A DNA stretch of 64,000 nt from Octopus sinensis. Lineage: Eukaryota. The notes beneath the pieces were generated by a model. The model had not been told where the DNA came from and made no database searches. It was given only the letters and a program-made list of their open reading frames with translations. Where the stretch lies: assembly GCF_006345805.1 (NCBI RefSeq), contig NC_043011.1, positions 43,598,464-43,662,463 of the forward strand, read 5' to 3'. Below are positions 45,750-58,035 of the stretch, one piece after another; position 1 is the first letter of the stretch; each line of letters begins with the position of its first letter. A program made the translations under genes and the position numbers.

Positions 45750-46590
45750 TTCATCATCATCATCATCATCATTTAACGTCCGCTTTCCATGCTAGCATGG
45801 GTTGGACGATTTCTCTGAGGACTGACGAACCAGATGGCTGCACCAGGCTCCAATCTGATTTGACAGTTTCTACTGCTGGATGCCCTTCCTAACGCCAACC
45901 ACTCTGGGACTATAGTGGGTGCTTTTACATACTGCCGGCACGAGGGCCAGTGTGGTGGTACTGGCAACGAATGTTTTTTCAGGTGTCACTGGCACTGCAG
46001 CCAGTTTGCTGCTCTGGCAACGATGGTGCTCTTAGCGCTCTACTAGCACGGATGCCAGTTATCGAATTTGATATAATTGAAGGGTGCCCTCTCTGAGTAT
46101 CATCATCATCATCATCATTTAGCGTCCGTTTTCCATGCTAGCATGGGTTGGACGGTTCTACTGGGGTCTGTGAAGCCAGAAGGCTTCATCAGGCCCAGTC
46201 AAATCTGGCAGTGTTTCTACGGCTGGATGCCCTTCCTAACGCCAACCACTCCGTGAGTGTAGTGGGTGCTTTTTACGTGCCACCCGCACTGTGCCAGACA
46301 GAGCTGGCAAACGGCCACGAACGGATGGTGCTTTTTATGTGCCACCGGCACGAGGGCCAGGCGAGGCTGGCAACGGTCGCGAAACGGAAAGTTCTCTTAC
46401 ATGCCACCGGCACTGGTACACATCTGCAATTTCCATTGATCGATTTCCATTGATCGATTTCGATTCTGATCCTCACTTCCTCAAGGGTCTTCACAAGCAG
46501 AGTTTCGACATGCCACCGGCACTGGTAGCACATCCGCAATTTCCATTGATCGATTTCGATTCTGGTGTATATCATCATCATCATTTAATG
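45750..46590 (-). mobile_element. Cluster of RTE 3'-tail fragments
   Basis: (CAT)n-TTTA(A/G)CGTCCG... tails at ~45750 and ~46095 match the RTE 3'UTR. Similar + strand tails lie at 27625-27885, 35845-35985, 42540-42735, 44055-44200 and 61055-61510. Confidence 0.8.
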
Positions 46591-47609
46591 CCTGTTCTCT
46601 ATGCTGGCTTTGGCAAGCCAGGGAGCTGCACCACGCTCTGAACTTTTCAGAAACAGTAGTGGTTTATCAAGACAGAAGGCTGCAGATGTTTTTTTTTCTT
46701 TTTTCGAAGAACAATGAGCTGAAAAAATGTTCTTTTTATATTCCTCGGTATGTAACTAGGGTTGCTGTGTGTGCAAAGAGGAATACAAGAGTTACGGAAG
46801 ATTCAATTGGGATGTGATTTCTATATATCTCTTTTAGTTGTTTCAGTCATTTGACTGTGGCCATGCTGGAGCACTGTGTTTGGTCGAGCAAATCGAACCA
46901 AGGACTTATTTTTTGTAAGCCTAGTACTTATTCCATCGGTCTCTTGCCGAACCGCTACGTTACGAGGACGTAAACACACTAGCATCGGTTGTCAAGCGAT
47001 GTTGGGTCGGGGGTGGGGACAAACACATACATATATACGACAGGCTTCTTTCAGTTTCCGTCTACCAAATCCACTCACAAGGCTTTGGTCGGCCCTAGAC
47101 TATAGTAGAAGACACTCGCCCAAGGTGCCACGCAGTAGGACTGAACCTGGAACCATGTGGTTGGTAAGCAAGCTACTTACCACACAGCCACTCCTACGGC
47201 TATGTTCACATTCTGTTAAAGAGTAAGTTACTTCTGTTACTACTTATCTCCCCCTTAATTTTTTATTTACTTTTTTAATATAACCATTCCGAACAATTTC
47301 TTCACTACTAAATTTTAAGCTTTCTGCGGGTGCAGCCAAACTAATATTATTAGTGATAATCATGGCTTCAAATTTTGTCACATGGGCAGCAATTTTTGGG
47401 GGCGAGAACGAATCGATTACATTGACTCTAGATGAATGGCAAAGTAGACCTCGGCGGAATTTGAACTCAGAACGTAAGGACTGACAAAACGCTGCTAAGC
47501 ATTCTGCCAGCTTGCTAATGGTGATGGCAACAACAACAACGAAGACTGAAGATATGCAAACCAACACGAACAATAATAGAGAGATAGTAGTGAGAGGAAT
47601 GAGATAGAG

Positions 47610-47755
47610 CTGTGGTTCCCAACCTTTTCACTACCAAGGACTCCTTTTATTTAAATGAGTTTTCCCACGGACCCCAGGATATTGAAAGGTCTTGTCAGCT
47701 TAAAGCTCACAGACATTCTGTACTACTTTTGCGGACCACAAGTTGGGAACCACTG
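47610..47755. mobile_element. Short hAT-type MITE
   Basis: TIR C(T/A)GTGGTTCCCAAC / GTTGGGAACCACTG; no clear TSD. Confidence 0.6.
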
Positions 47756-47759
47756 GGGT

Positions 47760-48730
47760 AGAAGAAAATGTCGATAGACAGCCTGCCGAACAACATTCAG
47801 GCAGTGCAATCTCACATCACCAACATGAGAGAAATAACAACACAAGCATGTGTAGAGAGGTAAAAGATTGTCCATGCTCACATGATGATGTGGTCAAACT
47901 TCCTGGGACTAAAGAAACGCACGACCAACAACTTCCAAGGCGCGAATAACGATGTCCCAGTGCTGTATTGACTCCGCAAGGATAAAAAAGCGACCACTGA
48001 TCCAGTGGCAAGACCTCAACAAATGGAACCCCAACTGCAACGCGACAGGATGCACAATAGGCAGTATGGATGTGGTGTCCCTACACTCATCCACTGATGT
48101 TGATTTTGCTGTGGAGAAGATGGAATTGGTGGACCAGAGCCATACGAACCCACGATAACTACAATCACACGAGAAAAATGGTTGCACATGCGGTAGGTGC
48201 GAGTACCAAAGTTACATGAAAGGGCCATATGTTCAAGTTTAATGGCAATATATGGGCCCAAAAAGAGGTTGCAGCCATCTGTGTCAGTATCGCTGGCGAT
48301 GTGGCTAGCTTCTTCATGCTATTGTGGAACAGGAGACTTCAGAGAATGCTTAGCAGAGAGCTCCTTAACCTTAAACATGTGCTCCCGCTTTGTGGATGAT
48401 ATCAACATGGAAAAAGCACCTCTGCAAGACAGTAGTACTTTTCAATGAACTAGATGCTAGCTTTATGAAGAGCATGTAGCTAACTACATCCACTTGAGTA
48501 TTTAAGTAACAACAGATTTCTTTAGCAAATACCCTAGCAACAGACCATAAGATTTTAGACACACAACTCTGGCTGGAAACCAGGAGCAACAAGGTCCAGA
48601 TCCTTCATTCCCACTATGCCAAACCCATGGCCTCTAAATACGTCTACACGAACGCAGCTCTTGCAGATAATATCAAGTTCAGTATCCTAAAAGCGGACTT
48701 GTTAAAGGTGATGAGAAACTTATGCATGGC
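47760..48730 (+). pseudogene. Degraded Penelope-like element RT
   Basis: Frameshifted motifs GSMDVVSLHSSTDVDFAVEK, CSRFVDDI and HYAKPMASKYV...KFSILKADL resemble PLE RT. Confidence 0.7.
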
Positions 48731-51700
48731 AGGAAAATGTTTCTAAGGTTTAAAGTTTAATCAATTTTACCTAATCAGAAAACAGGATTTGGAAGTTGGC
48801 ATTTTTTGCATGACAGCTGTCTATCACAGAATGAATGCCAAATCATAAGGAGGAATTTTTATAAAATAAACGAAAGCTAAGCAAAGTAGTAAGGACTTCT
48901 GAAGTTTTAATAAATTCTAATAAATAAAGTCATATGAATCGATCGAACGGACATGTAAGTGATTTTAAAAGGAAAAAACACCAACGAAGTTTTTTTGCGA
49001 AAAATTGCACAAATTTACCCTGTTCAAAAGCCCTATCTGTCGGGAAAGGCATGGAATAAACAAAAATTTATATAAGGCATTCTATTGTAAAAATTGCCCG
49101 TCGATGATGGGCTATTCAGCTAGTATATTACAATTTAGCAAAAAATGCTTGATCTATAAAAATGATATTCAGTATCTCGATATGATTGAAATTTACTATA
49201 GATAAACTAGTTTGAAATAACTATTTAAAAATTCAGTGAAAATAAGAATTATATTTATAAACACAGCATATTTTTTTATCCACAAAACGAAATGTCAAAG
49301 ACTGAATTAATAAGAGATACTAAGTTGTCGCCCTTAGAATATTTTTTTTAATACGAAACTCTTACTGCATCGGATCTCTCTATCAGCCTTCCAGAAGTTC
49401 AGAATCTCCAGAAATCTGGGCACACCATGCAATACCGTTCATACCTTGTACCCTGCACTGAATAAACAAACCCTCTTTTTGAAGTTGGTTAATTTGCATA
49501 CAGCGTGTTTATCTGGCGGAGGAGCAATGGCCCAGTGGTTAGGGCAGCGGTCGGAGGATCGCGGTTTCGATTCCCACGTTCTGTGTGTTTATTGAGCGAA
49601 AACACCTAAAAGCTCCACGAGTCTCCAGCAGGGGGTGGTGGTGGTGACCCCTGTTGTACTCTTTCACCACAACTTTCTCTCATTCTCTCTTCCTGTTTCT
49701 TGAGTAATGCTGCGATGGACTGGCGTCCCGTCCAGCTGGGTGGAACACATACGCCACAGAAGCCGGGTCCATGAGCCTGGCTTGGCTTGAAAAGGGCGAC
49801 GTTTATTGTGTTAATCTGTACCGGTATTCGTTGAATAAAATCGTTCCTATTTTTCTTCCTTCAGTTTTCATCCTACGAACAGTATACTGTACACCTGGAA
49901 TAGTAGATTAACAAACTTTAAATAAACGGTGCTTTAGAAGTGCCTGTATTTAAATCTGCTAAACACAATTTTGCTCTTTACTTTTCATACTGTATTTAAT
50001 ATTTCATATAGGCGTGGCTGTATGGTAAGAAACTTGCTTCCCAACCACATGGTTCTTGGTTCAGTCCCACTGAATGGCACCTTGGGCAAGTGTCTTCTTC
50101 TATAGCCACGGGCCGACCAAAGCCCTGTGAGTGGATTTGGTAGACGGAAATTGAAAGAAGCCTATCGTATATATGTATATGAGTGTGTCCGTGTTTGTCT
50201 CCCCACCATCGCTTGACAACCGATGTTAGTGTGTTTACGTTCCCATAATTAGCCGTTCGGCAAACGAGACCGATAGAATAAGTACTAGGCTTACAAATAA
50301 AATAATAAGTCCTGGGGTCGATTTCTTCGACTAAAAATAAACCCTTTAAGACAGTGCTTCAGCAGGGTCGCAGTCAAACGACTGTGATAAATAAAAAGAA
50401 TATATATTTTTTCAATGTCTCTAGAAAACCAGAAGATCCGAAGCTCCTGGACATTTCCTATCCCCACTTCTCCTGCTTGCCGGATCGTCGGTCCGGTACT
50501 GTTTTATAAAAACGTCATTAGAATGATTAAATTATTTGTTGTTTCGAAAGATATGTAAGGTAAGAAATCAATCAGGAGCGGCTGTGTGGTAAGTAGCTTG
50601 CTAACCAACCACATGGTTCCGGGTTCAGTCCCACTGCGTGGCATCTTGGGCAAGTGTATTCTGCTATAGCCCCGGGCCGACCAATGCCTTGTGAGTGGAT
50701 TTGGTAGACGGAAACTGAAAGAAGCCTGTCGTATATATGTATATATATATTGGCCTGCTCGCTTAGCCAGCGGGGTGGCGTCATTCGAAGGCTAAAACAA
50801 TGCGAACGCATTGTGACCAGCGATGTGTAACATCTGATGGTCTGGTCGGTCACGTGATATATATATATATGTGTGTGTGTGTGTGTTTGTCTCCCTAGCT
50901 TTTGCTTGACGACCGATGCTGGTGTGTTTACGTCCCCGTAACTTAGCGGTTCGGCAAAACAGACCGATAGAATAAGAACTGGGCTTACAAAGAATAAGTC
51001 CTGGGGTCGATTTGCTCGACTAAAGGCAGTGCTCCAGCATGGCCGCAGTCAAATGACTGAAACGAGTAAAAAAAGTATTATTCTCGGCAAGGCAATCCTT
51101 CGGTATTAGTATACCACGTCGTTCAACCACGCAACATTCTCTCATGACGTAAAGGCAATCCTTCGGTATTAGTATACCACGTCGTTCAACCACGCAACAT
51201 TCTCATGACGTAAAAAAAAAAGAGGATTAACGACGTTGTCTATTAATCTTTTCTGCTCAAGGTATTAGGCCCGAAATTTTGGGGTAAGGGGCCAGACAAT
51301 TAGATCGATCCCAGTATGCAACTGGTACTTAATTTATCCACCCCGAAAGGATAAAGAACAAAGTCGGCCTCGGCGGAATTTGAACTCGGAACGTAAAGAG
51401 AGACAAAATCCCGGTAAACATTTTGCCTGGCATGCTAACGTTTTCGCCAGCTCGCCCCCTTTGTATATTAATTCCGAAGGACTTTTTTTTTTTTTTTTTT
51501 ACTTGTTTCAGTCATTTGGTTGTGGCCATGCTGGAGCACCGCCTTTAGTAGGGGAAAATCGACCCCAGGACTTATTCTTTGTAAGCCTAGTACTTATTCT
51601 ATCGGTCACTTTTGCCGAACCGCAAAATGTTACGGGGACGTAAACACACCAGCATCGGTTGTCAGGCGATGTTGGGGGGGGGGGACAAACATATATACAT

Positions 51701-53150
51701 ATACATATATTTTACGGTACCTATACCGAAGGATCGCCTAATAAAAGTTTATCACGTTTTTGAGATCTTTATCTTTTGACCGACAGATTTAAAAAATAAT
51801 TTTTTGTAACTGAACACTTTCAGAATACGTCATATAAAACATGTTCTTACGGTACCTATACCGAAGGATCGCCCTTTTATTATCTATCTTATTATCAACG
51901 TCAAGTAACCGAAGACGAGGTTTAAAATTCAGTTGTGTTAAATTCCTAGGATCCACCAACCATGCATTTTTTAAAAAACTTGAATAAAGTCACGTTGGAA
52001 TATATAAACAGGTTTGTTATTGTTGTTGTTACTGTAGTAGAAGTAGTAGCAGTGTTTTGATGCCGGATGTAGTTAGCAAGTGATAAGGTGTCTACTGCTA
52101 CAGAGTATAAAAGCGTTGAATAAAAGTTAGCAAAGAAAACTAATTTCAATTATGGGTGAAAGGAGATTTAAGCGAGTGGTTATTTTTCTTTACGTTTGCG
52201 TCATCACCGCGGGTTTTTTTGGTTTGGGCGTGTCTATATACTACACACACACACACACACACACAGAGAGACATACATACACATAAGGAAATAACTGTAC
52301 ATACATATATCAAAATAGAGAAAGAAAGAATAGAGACAGAGAGGCCGGAATAAATGTCAAAGTGGTACATCAGAGGCGCTACACCGGCCATTCATAAAAA
52401 AAAAATCTTTCATTGAAAAACTAAGAGAAATCCAACTTTGAAACGAAGAAGAAGCAGAAGAAGCCCTGCCCCCTCGAAGCAGCTGCGCTACAGAGTTGCT
52501 GCAGTTGTTGTGGTGTTTATAGAAGAGCGATGAAGTTGTTTATGTCGATGTTTTTGTCCACAAATAAACCCAGAATGACCGAAATCTCAGAAGACGACGA
52601 AGAAGAAGAAATTTAACGACGAACCCGTTGGTCTGTCTAAATATATATTTATCTCTCTCTTTTACTCTCGCTATATCTATATACATTCATATAAGTATCT
52701 GTGTGACATATCTTTGTGTCGGGGAGACGATAAAAAAAAAGGGATAATGTGATAAAGGCCACAGTGTGAAGAGGCCAATTTTTTTACTTGAAGATTAAAT
52801 TATCAACAACGACAAAGTCTGATGCCCCCCTCGTCTTTAAATAGAACAGACAGTCAAAATAACAACGCAACAATTAAAAGAAATATATTTTTTATTCTTC
52901 AATAACGAAAACAATAGCATCAACAAAAATTATATATTTGCTCCGTTTTCTGTTGTTTTTACAACTACACAGTTTATTGTGTGTGTGTGTGTATATATAT
53001 AAATGTAAATAAGATATTTTAACTGTGAGAGTCTAACAGAGGAGAAAAAAATATTTTATACACACCTTGCACTTCAGAAAAGAAAGGTTCAGAAGAAATA
53101 TAATAAATAACTGATCGCGTGTGCCAAATATTGTGAGAGATTTCTTCAAG

Positions 53151-55712
53151 ATGTCTTTTGATTCGCGAGAGATGCAGTATCCGAAAGTTGCCAATGAAAG
53201 CAATTCTTCGTCTCCGGTGGAAACCTCACCAACAGCTTTACCATCGAAACAAACAGACTATGACAGAAACCCGAATCTCGTGTCTTCTTCTTCTCCTTCT
53301 CCTTCTACTGTTGCTGCTGCTGCTAATGACGACCCTACATCTATAATGTTTACAAACAGCATCAGCAGAAACAAACCTCATACTCCATCGACTGGCAGTG
53401 TCCAATTTCGAAATGACAACGGTAGATGTTTATTGAGCGAGAGCCACCAGTACCACCATCCATCCCAACAAAATAATCAATACGTTCATCTAATGGACGA
53501 AAGCGATGCCGTTCTCCAGGCGGTCGTCTTTGTAGAAGATGCCAACACCTACCGTTCCATACATCATAAAGTTGACACGGCATCTTTGAAGCTTTACCGA
53601 TTCCACTACTCACGCTTCCTCACCTGTATCAGGTACGTCACCATCATTATACTTCATTCGCTTGCGTTTTTCGAATTCCCTTCTTCGTTGAGTTGGAGCT
53701 CCAGTATCAAGCAACAGGATCCGAGGATTGAACTGTCGTGCTTGACCACACAGTCAGTTGAAATGATGTGTCTGCTGCTCCTGGCTGTTGATCTTTCCAC
53801 TAAAATCTATGCTGTTGGTTTAAAACAATTCTTAGCATCGAAATGGATGATAGCAGATGTGATTGTATTGCTTGTCTCATTTATCGACTGGTCTGTGTCC
53901 GTGAGCGTTGGTTGTAATGAAGTGGTCCGAGTCCGCAGAATGCTCCGACCGTTCTTTATACTGCAACATTCGTCCCTCATGAAGAAAATTGTCAACTGTT
54001 TGCGGAGAACTGTTCCGGAGGTATTCAGTATTCTTCTCATGCTTGCTTTCCACCTCTATGTCTTTAGTCTGCTGGGCATGTTGATATTTCCTCAGCCTCC
54101 GCAGAATGTCGACTGGAAGAACATCACAAAATACAATGTCACAAACAACACAATTTTGCCGCCAAATACTAAAGAAGAAAAGAAATACTTCAAGAACCTC
54201 AGTGAATCTTTTATGAGTATGTTAATTCTACTGACCACTGCTAACAATCCTGACATTATGATGCCAGCTTATAACCAAAACCGTTTGTACAGTATTTACT
54301 TTGTCCTGTTCCTTGCCATTGGTCTTTACTGTTTTATGAACATGCTAACGGCAGTCATATACAACCAGTTCCGTGGATATTTTCTCAATTCTATGCAATC
54401 AAGTCTTTTCCGGCGCCGAGTTGCAATTTTTGCTGCATTTAGTGTTTTGAATCAACAAAGCGTGATCAGTGAGAGTTCTACGGTGGAGCTGAGTGTCATA
54501 CAAAGGGTGATAGAAATGGCAGATCTGTCTAAAACTGTCAAGTCAAAAATGCATCAGAAAATCTGTGTCTATTCCGAATCCTTTTTGAACTTTGCTCAGT
54601 TTAAAGATATTTTCTCAGTCATTGACCGTATCTTCGTGGTTGTAAAAACTCCACCCCCTATCGTGTGGGTTAATAACACTGCCCTTCAGATGCTCCAAAG
54701 AATGGCCAACCACATTTATTTCTTATATTTTAGTATGTTTATAGCTTGTTTAAATGTAATCTTATTGACTGTCCAGCTAAATGTTCAATATGAAAAATCT
54801 ATGGCATCGACCCATACATTGTTAATGGCTGGAAACTTTGTCTTTCTTATCTACTATGTCATGGAACAGTTCTTGAAAATATGGGCAGCTGGTATCAAAC
54901 GGTATTTCTCCTTTAAAGGTTGTGTATATGATTGTGGAATTACGTTAATTCTGGTCGTAGTCCAGATGGTCACAGTTGTTTTGTATGGTTTACCATTTTC
55001 CAACGAAGACTCTTTCATTGAAGGCGTGACGTCTTTGCGGAACTTAATCCGTCTTACCAATATTCTTATTATAATACGCTTAATCCGTATTATCCCTTTG
55101 ATAAAAACACTGGCATTGGTAGCTAGCACATTACTGGATCTTGTACAGAATCTGAAAGCCTTTGCAGGAATTCTTGTTGTCATTTTTTACAGTTATGCCC
55201 TACTCGGAATGGAACTATTTCAGGGTGCCATCACTTACAACCCAGTAAACAATTCCGAATCCACCCTTCTTTCTCCACAGTCCCAACTAGATGCTGCTTC
55301 GAAACACCATTCTAAATGTGGCTCATATCAACAATTGGAGTACTGGGCCAATAATTTCGATGACTTTGCTTCGTCCTTAATGGTCCTCTGGGACATTATG
55401 GTCGTTAATAACTGGCAGGTATTCCTTTCAGCATACGCATCTGCAACCTCAAAATTTTCCTATCTTTATTTCGTATTTTGGTGGTTGTTTTCCGTTGTCA
55501 TCGTTCTCAATTTGTTGACAGCCCTGATTTTGGAGAACTTCATCATGAAGTGGGACAGACTTGGCCTCGGCATGAGAGATCGAACGGAATCAATGGAAGA
55601 AACAACGGAATTACTCTCTTTACATGCAATGTTTCGACGTTCACTCGAGGAACCCAGTGAACAAGATCTGCTTATGGAACTTCGTAGCCATTCCTATATC
55701 AGCTTAAATTAA
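53151..55712 (+). CDS. TPCN2: Two-pore channel 2 (TPC2-type endolysosomal cation channel), single exon, 853 aa from the ATG at 53151
   Basis: Two 6-TM repeats with the N-terminal AVVFVEDANTYRSIHHK motif. The filters are TTANNPD (54234-54254) and VVNNW (55401-55415). IS4 is RVRRMLRPFF and IIS4 is RLTNILIIIRLIRIIP. The ORF is uninterrupted. Confidence 0.93.
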   Translation: MSFDSREMQYPKVANESNSSSPVETSPTALPSKQTDYDRNPNLVSSSSPSPSTVAAAANDDPTSIMFTNSISRNKPHTPSTGSVQFRNDNGRCLLSESHQYHHPSQQNNQYVHLMDESDAVLQAVVFVEDANTYRSIHHKVDTASLKLYRFHYSRFLTCIRYVTIIILHSLAFFEFPSSLSWSSSIKQQDPRIELSCLTTQSVEMMCLLLLAVDLSTKIYAVGLKQFLASKWMIADVIVLLVSFIDWSVSVSVGCNEVVRVRRMLRPFFILQHSSLMKKIVNCLRRTVPEVFSILLMLAFHLYVFSLLGMLIFPQPPQNVDWKNITKYNVTNNTILPPNTKEEKKYFKNLSESFMSMLILLTTANNPDIMMPAYNQNRLYSIYFVLFLAIGLYCFMNMLTAVIYNQFRGYFLNSMQSSLFRRRVAIFAAFSVLNQQSVISESSTVELSVIQRVIEMADLSKTVKSKMHQKICVYSESFLNFAQFKDIFSVIDRIFVVVKTPPPIVWVNNTALQMLQRMANHIYFLYFSMFIACLNVILLTVQLNVQYEKSMASTHTLLMAGNFVFLIYYVMEQFLKIWAAGIKRYFSFKGCVYDCGITLILVVVQMVTVVLYGLPFSNEDSFIEGVTSLRNLIRLTNILIIIRLIRIIPLIKTLALVASTLLDLVQNLKAFAGILVVIFYSYALLGMELFQGAITYNPVNNSESTLLSPQSQLDAASKHHSKCGSYQQLEYWANNFDDFASSLMVLWDIMVVNNWQVFLSAYASATSKFSYLYFVFWWLFSVVIVLNLLTALILENFIMKWDRLGLGMRDRTESMEETTELLSLHAMFRRSLEEPSEQDLLMELRSHSYISLN

Positions 55713-55992
55713 CTTTTACCTTTTTCTGACTTTTATTGTCATTATTATTGTTGTTGTTGTTATTGTTGTTGTTATTATTATTATTATTATGAAGGTGATG
55801 AGCGGGCAGAATCATTAGCAGACAAAATACTTAGTGGCATTTCGTCTGTCTTTGCATTTTTGAGTTCAAATTCTGCCAACTTAACCTTTCGTCCTTTTGG
55901 GGGTCGATAAAAATAAGTACCAGTTAAGCAGTAAGGTCAAAGTTACCAACTAACCCATTCCCCCACTAAAATTTCAGGCCTTGTGCCTATAA

Positions 55993-56211
55993 CAGTGTTT
56001 CTCAACCTTTTTACCCTTGAGTAACCCTTAAAATAAATTACATGTTTCAAAGAACCCCTACACCCCTCAAAAAAATTATGCACCATATCTTTCTCATATT
56101 TTTTTCATTGTGCCAGTTTGTTGGGTGTCCCACCCATGAGGGATCAATGCTAGATGTGATTAATAATAAATTCTCGTATATTCCATCTTCTGTCTTTCAT
56201 TTGCTATATAT

Positions 56212-56261
<50 letters not shown>

Positions 56262-56536
56262 CAAATAAGAAAACGGAGGAAAACTATAGTTGGTTCATCA
56301 ACTTTAGGACATTGAAAATGTTAACTTATTTATTTATTAAACTGATAATTATAATAACATACATACATACAGCATATTCTATGCATATAAGATAAGGATA
56401 CAAGTAATTATTAAAAAACATGAATATAAATTAGTAAAATAACTTACAGCTGTTTCAGCCCATAGATAAAAGTATCTCATTCTGCCTATATTAGTCAAGT
56501 GTATTGAAGTAATAGGCAAATGAAAATAAGGCACTT

Positions 56537-56587
<51 letters not shown>

Positions 56588-57014
56588 TATATACATAATT
56601 TACAAGATAAGGGCAGAAGAAAAATTCTAATGCCAGATACGCCGAAACAAAAAATTGTCGATAACCATTAAATTTATGCCTTTAAAGGCATTTTTTGATA
56701 TGCTGGCCATTGATAAAAATTTTTTCCCGAAAAAAATTTTATCCTATATCAATTATATATATATATATATATATATAGGGTGTCCATAAATTACAGACGT
56801 CACTAAATATATCCCTAATGGTTGTTATATTTTTTCGATAACATAATAGGTTAGATAGGATGATGTCTATACTACAATAACCAATATGTTGTGCATGTAT
56901 GGTAATATTACAATCATGAAATTAGCATTAGTTTATCTCACTCTTCCTCACGAAACACCTAAGAATTTTTTGCAGACCCCTAGGGTTCCGAAGAACCCCG
57001 GTTGAGAAACACTG
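55993..57014. mobile_element. hAT (Charlie-like) MITE with nested microsatellites and repeats
   Basis: TIR CAGTGTTTCTCAACC / GGTTGAGAAACACTG; 8-bp TSD GCCTATAA / GCCTATAG (7 of 8). Confidence 0.75.
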
Positions 57015-57346
57015 GCCTATAGGCACTTATAGCAGAAACCATTATTCGTTATTATTATTTATTATTGTTATTATTATAATTATTATTATTATTATTATTA
57101 CTATTATTATTATTGTTATTATTATTATTATTAAGGTGGCAAGCTGGCAGAATTGTTAGCATGCTGGGCAAAATGCTTGGCAGTATTTCACCTGTCTTTA
57201 TGTTCTGAGTTCAAATTTTGCTGGGGTCGACTTTTCCTCTCATCGTTTTGGGGTTGATAGATTAAGTACCAGTGAAACACTGGGGTTGATGTAATCAATT
57301 AGTCCCCTCCACCAAAATTTCAGGCCTTGTGCCTACAATAGAAAGG

Positions 57347-57389
<43 letters not shown>

Positions 57390-57974
57390 GGGTGGAAGTT
57401 GGTTGGCAGAAACAGTAGAGTGCCTTAGTAAGGGTCTTAACAGTATTTTGTTTTGTCTTATTACATTCTGAGTTCAAACCCTACCTGTGGTTGACTTTGA
57501 CACTTTCTGCCATCCAGGGTTGATAAAATGTGTGTGTGTGTGTGTTTGTGAGTGTGTGGTTTGTGTGGTATGTATGTTTTAATGTGTCAAGTTGTAATAA
57601 AATACTTTAACATTAAACTGCAAAATTACTCAATAGTTTTTTTAATTGAGTACATGTTACTAAACTCGTGACTTTGACTTCAACATTTTGCACTGCTAGC
57701 CTTCATTGGACTGCACTATGCATATTTATGCAGTATCTATGTATATATATATGTATATGTGTGTGTGTGTGTGTATGTGTATATATGTGTGTGTTTGTGT
57801 GTATGTATAGGTACAGGAGTGGCTGTGTGGTAAGTAGCTTGCTTACCAACCACATGGTTCCAGGTTCATTCCCACTGTGTGGCACCTTGGGCAAGTGTCT
57901 TCTACTATAGCCTCGGGCCGGCCAAAGCCTTGTGAGTGGATTTGGTAGGCGGAAACTGAAAGACGCCCATCGTA

Positions 57975-58035
<61 letters not shown>

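Noticed and set aside
53121-53150. GTG-initiated N-terminal extension of TPC2 given in the ORF track
   Set aside because: An in-frame ATG in good context (AAGATG) at 53151 is the more likely start.
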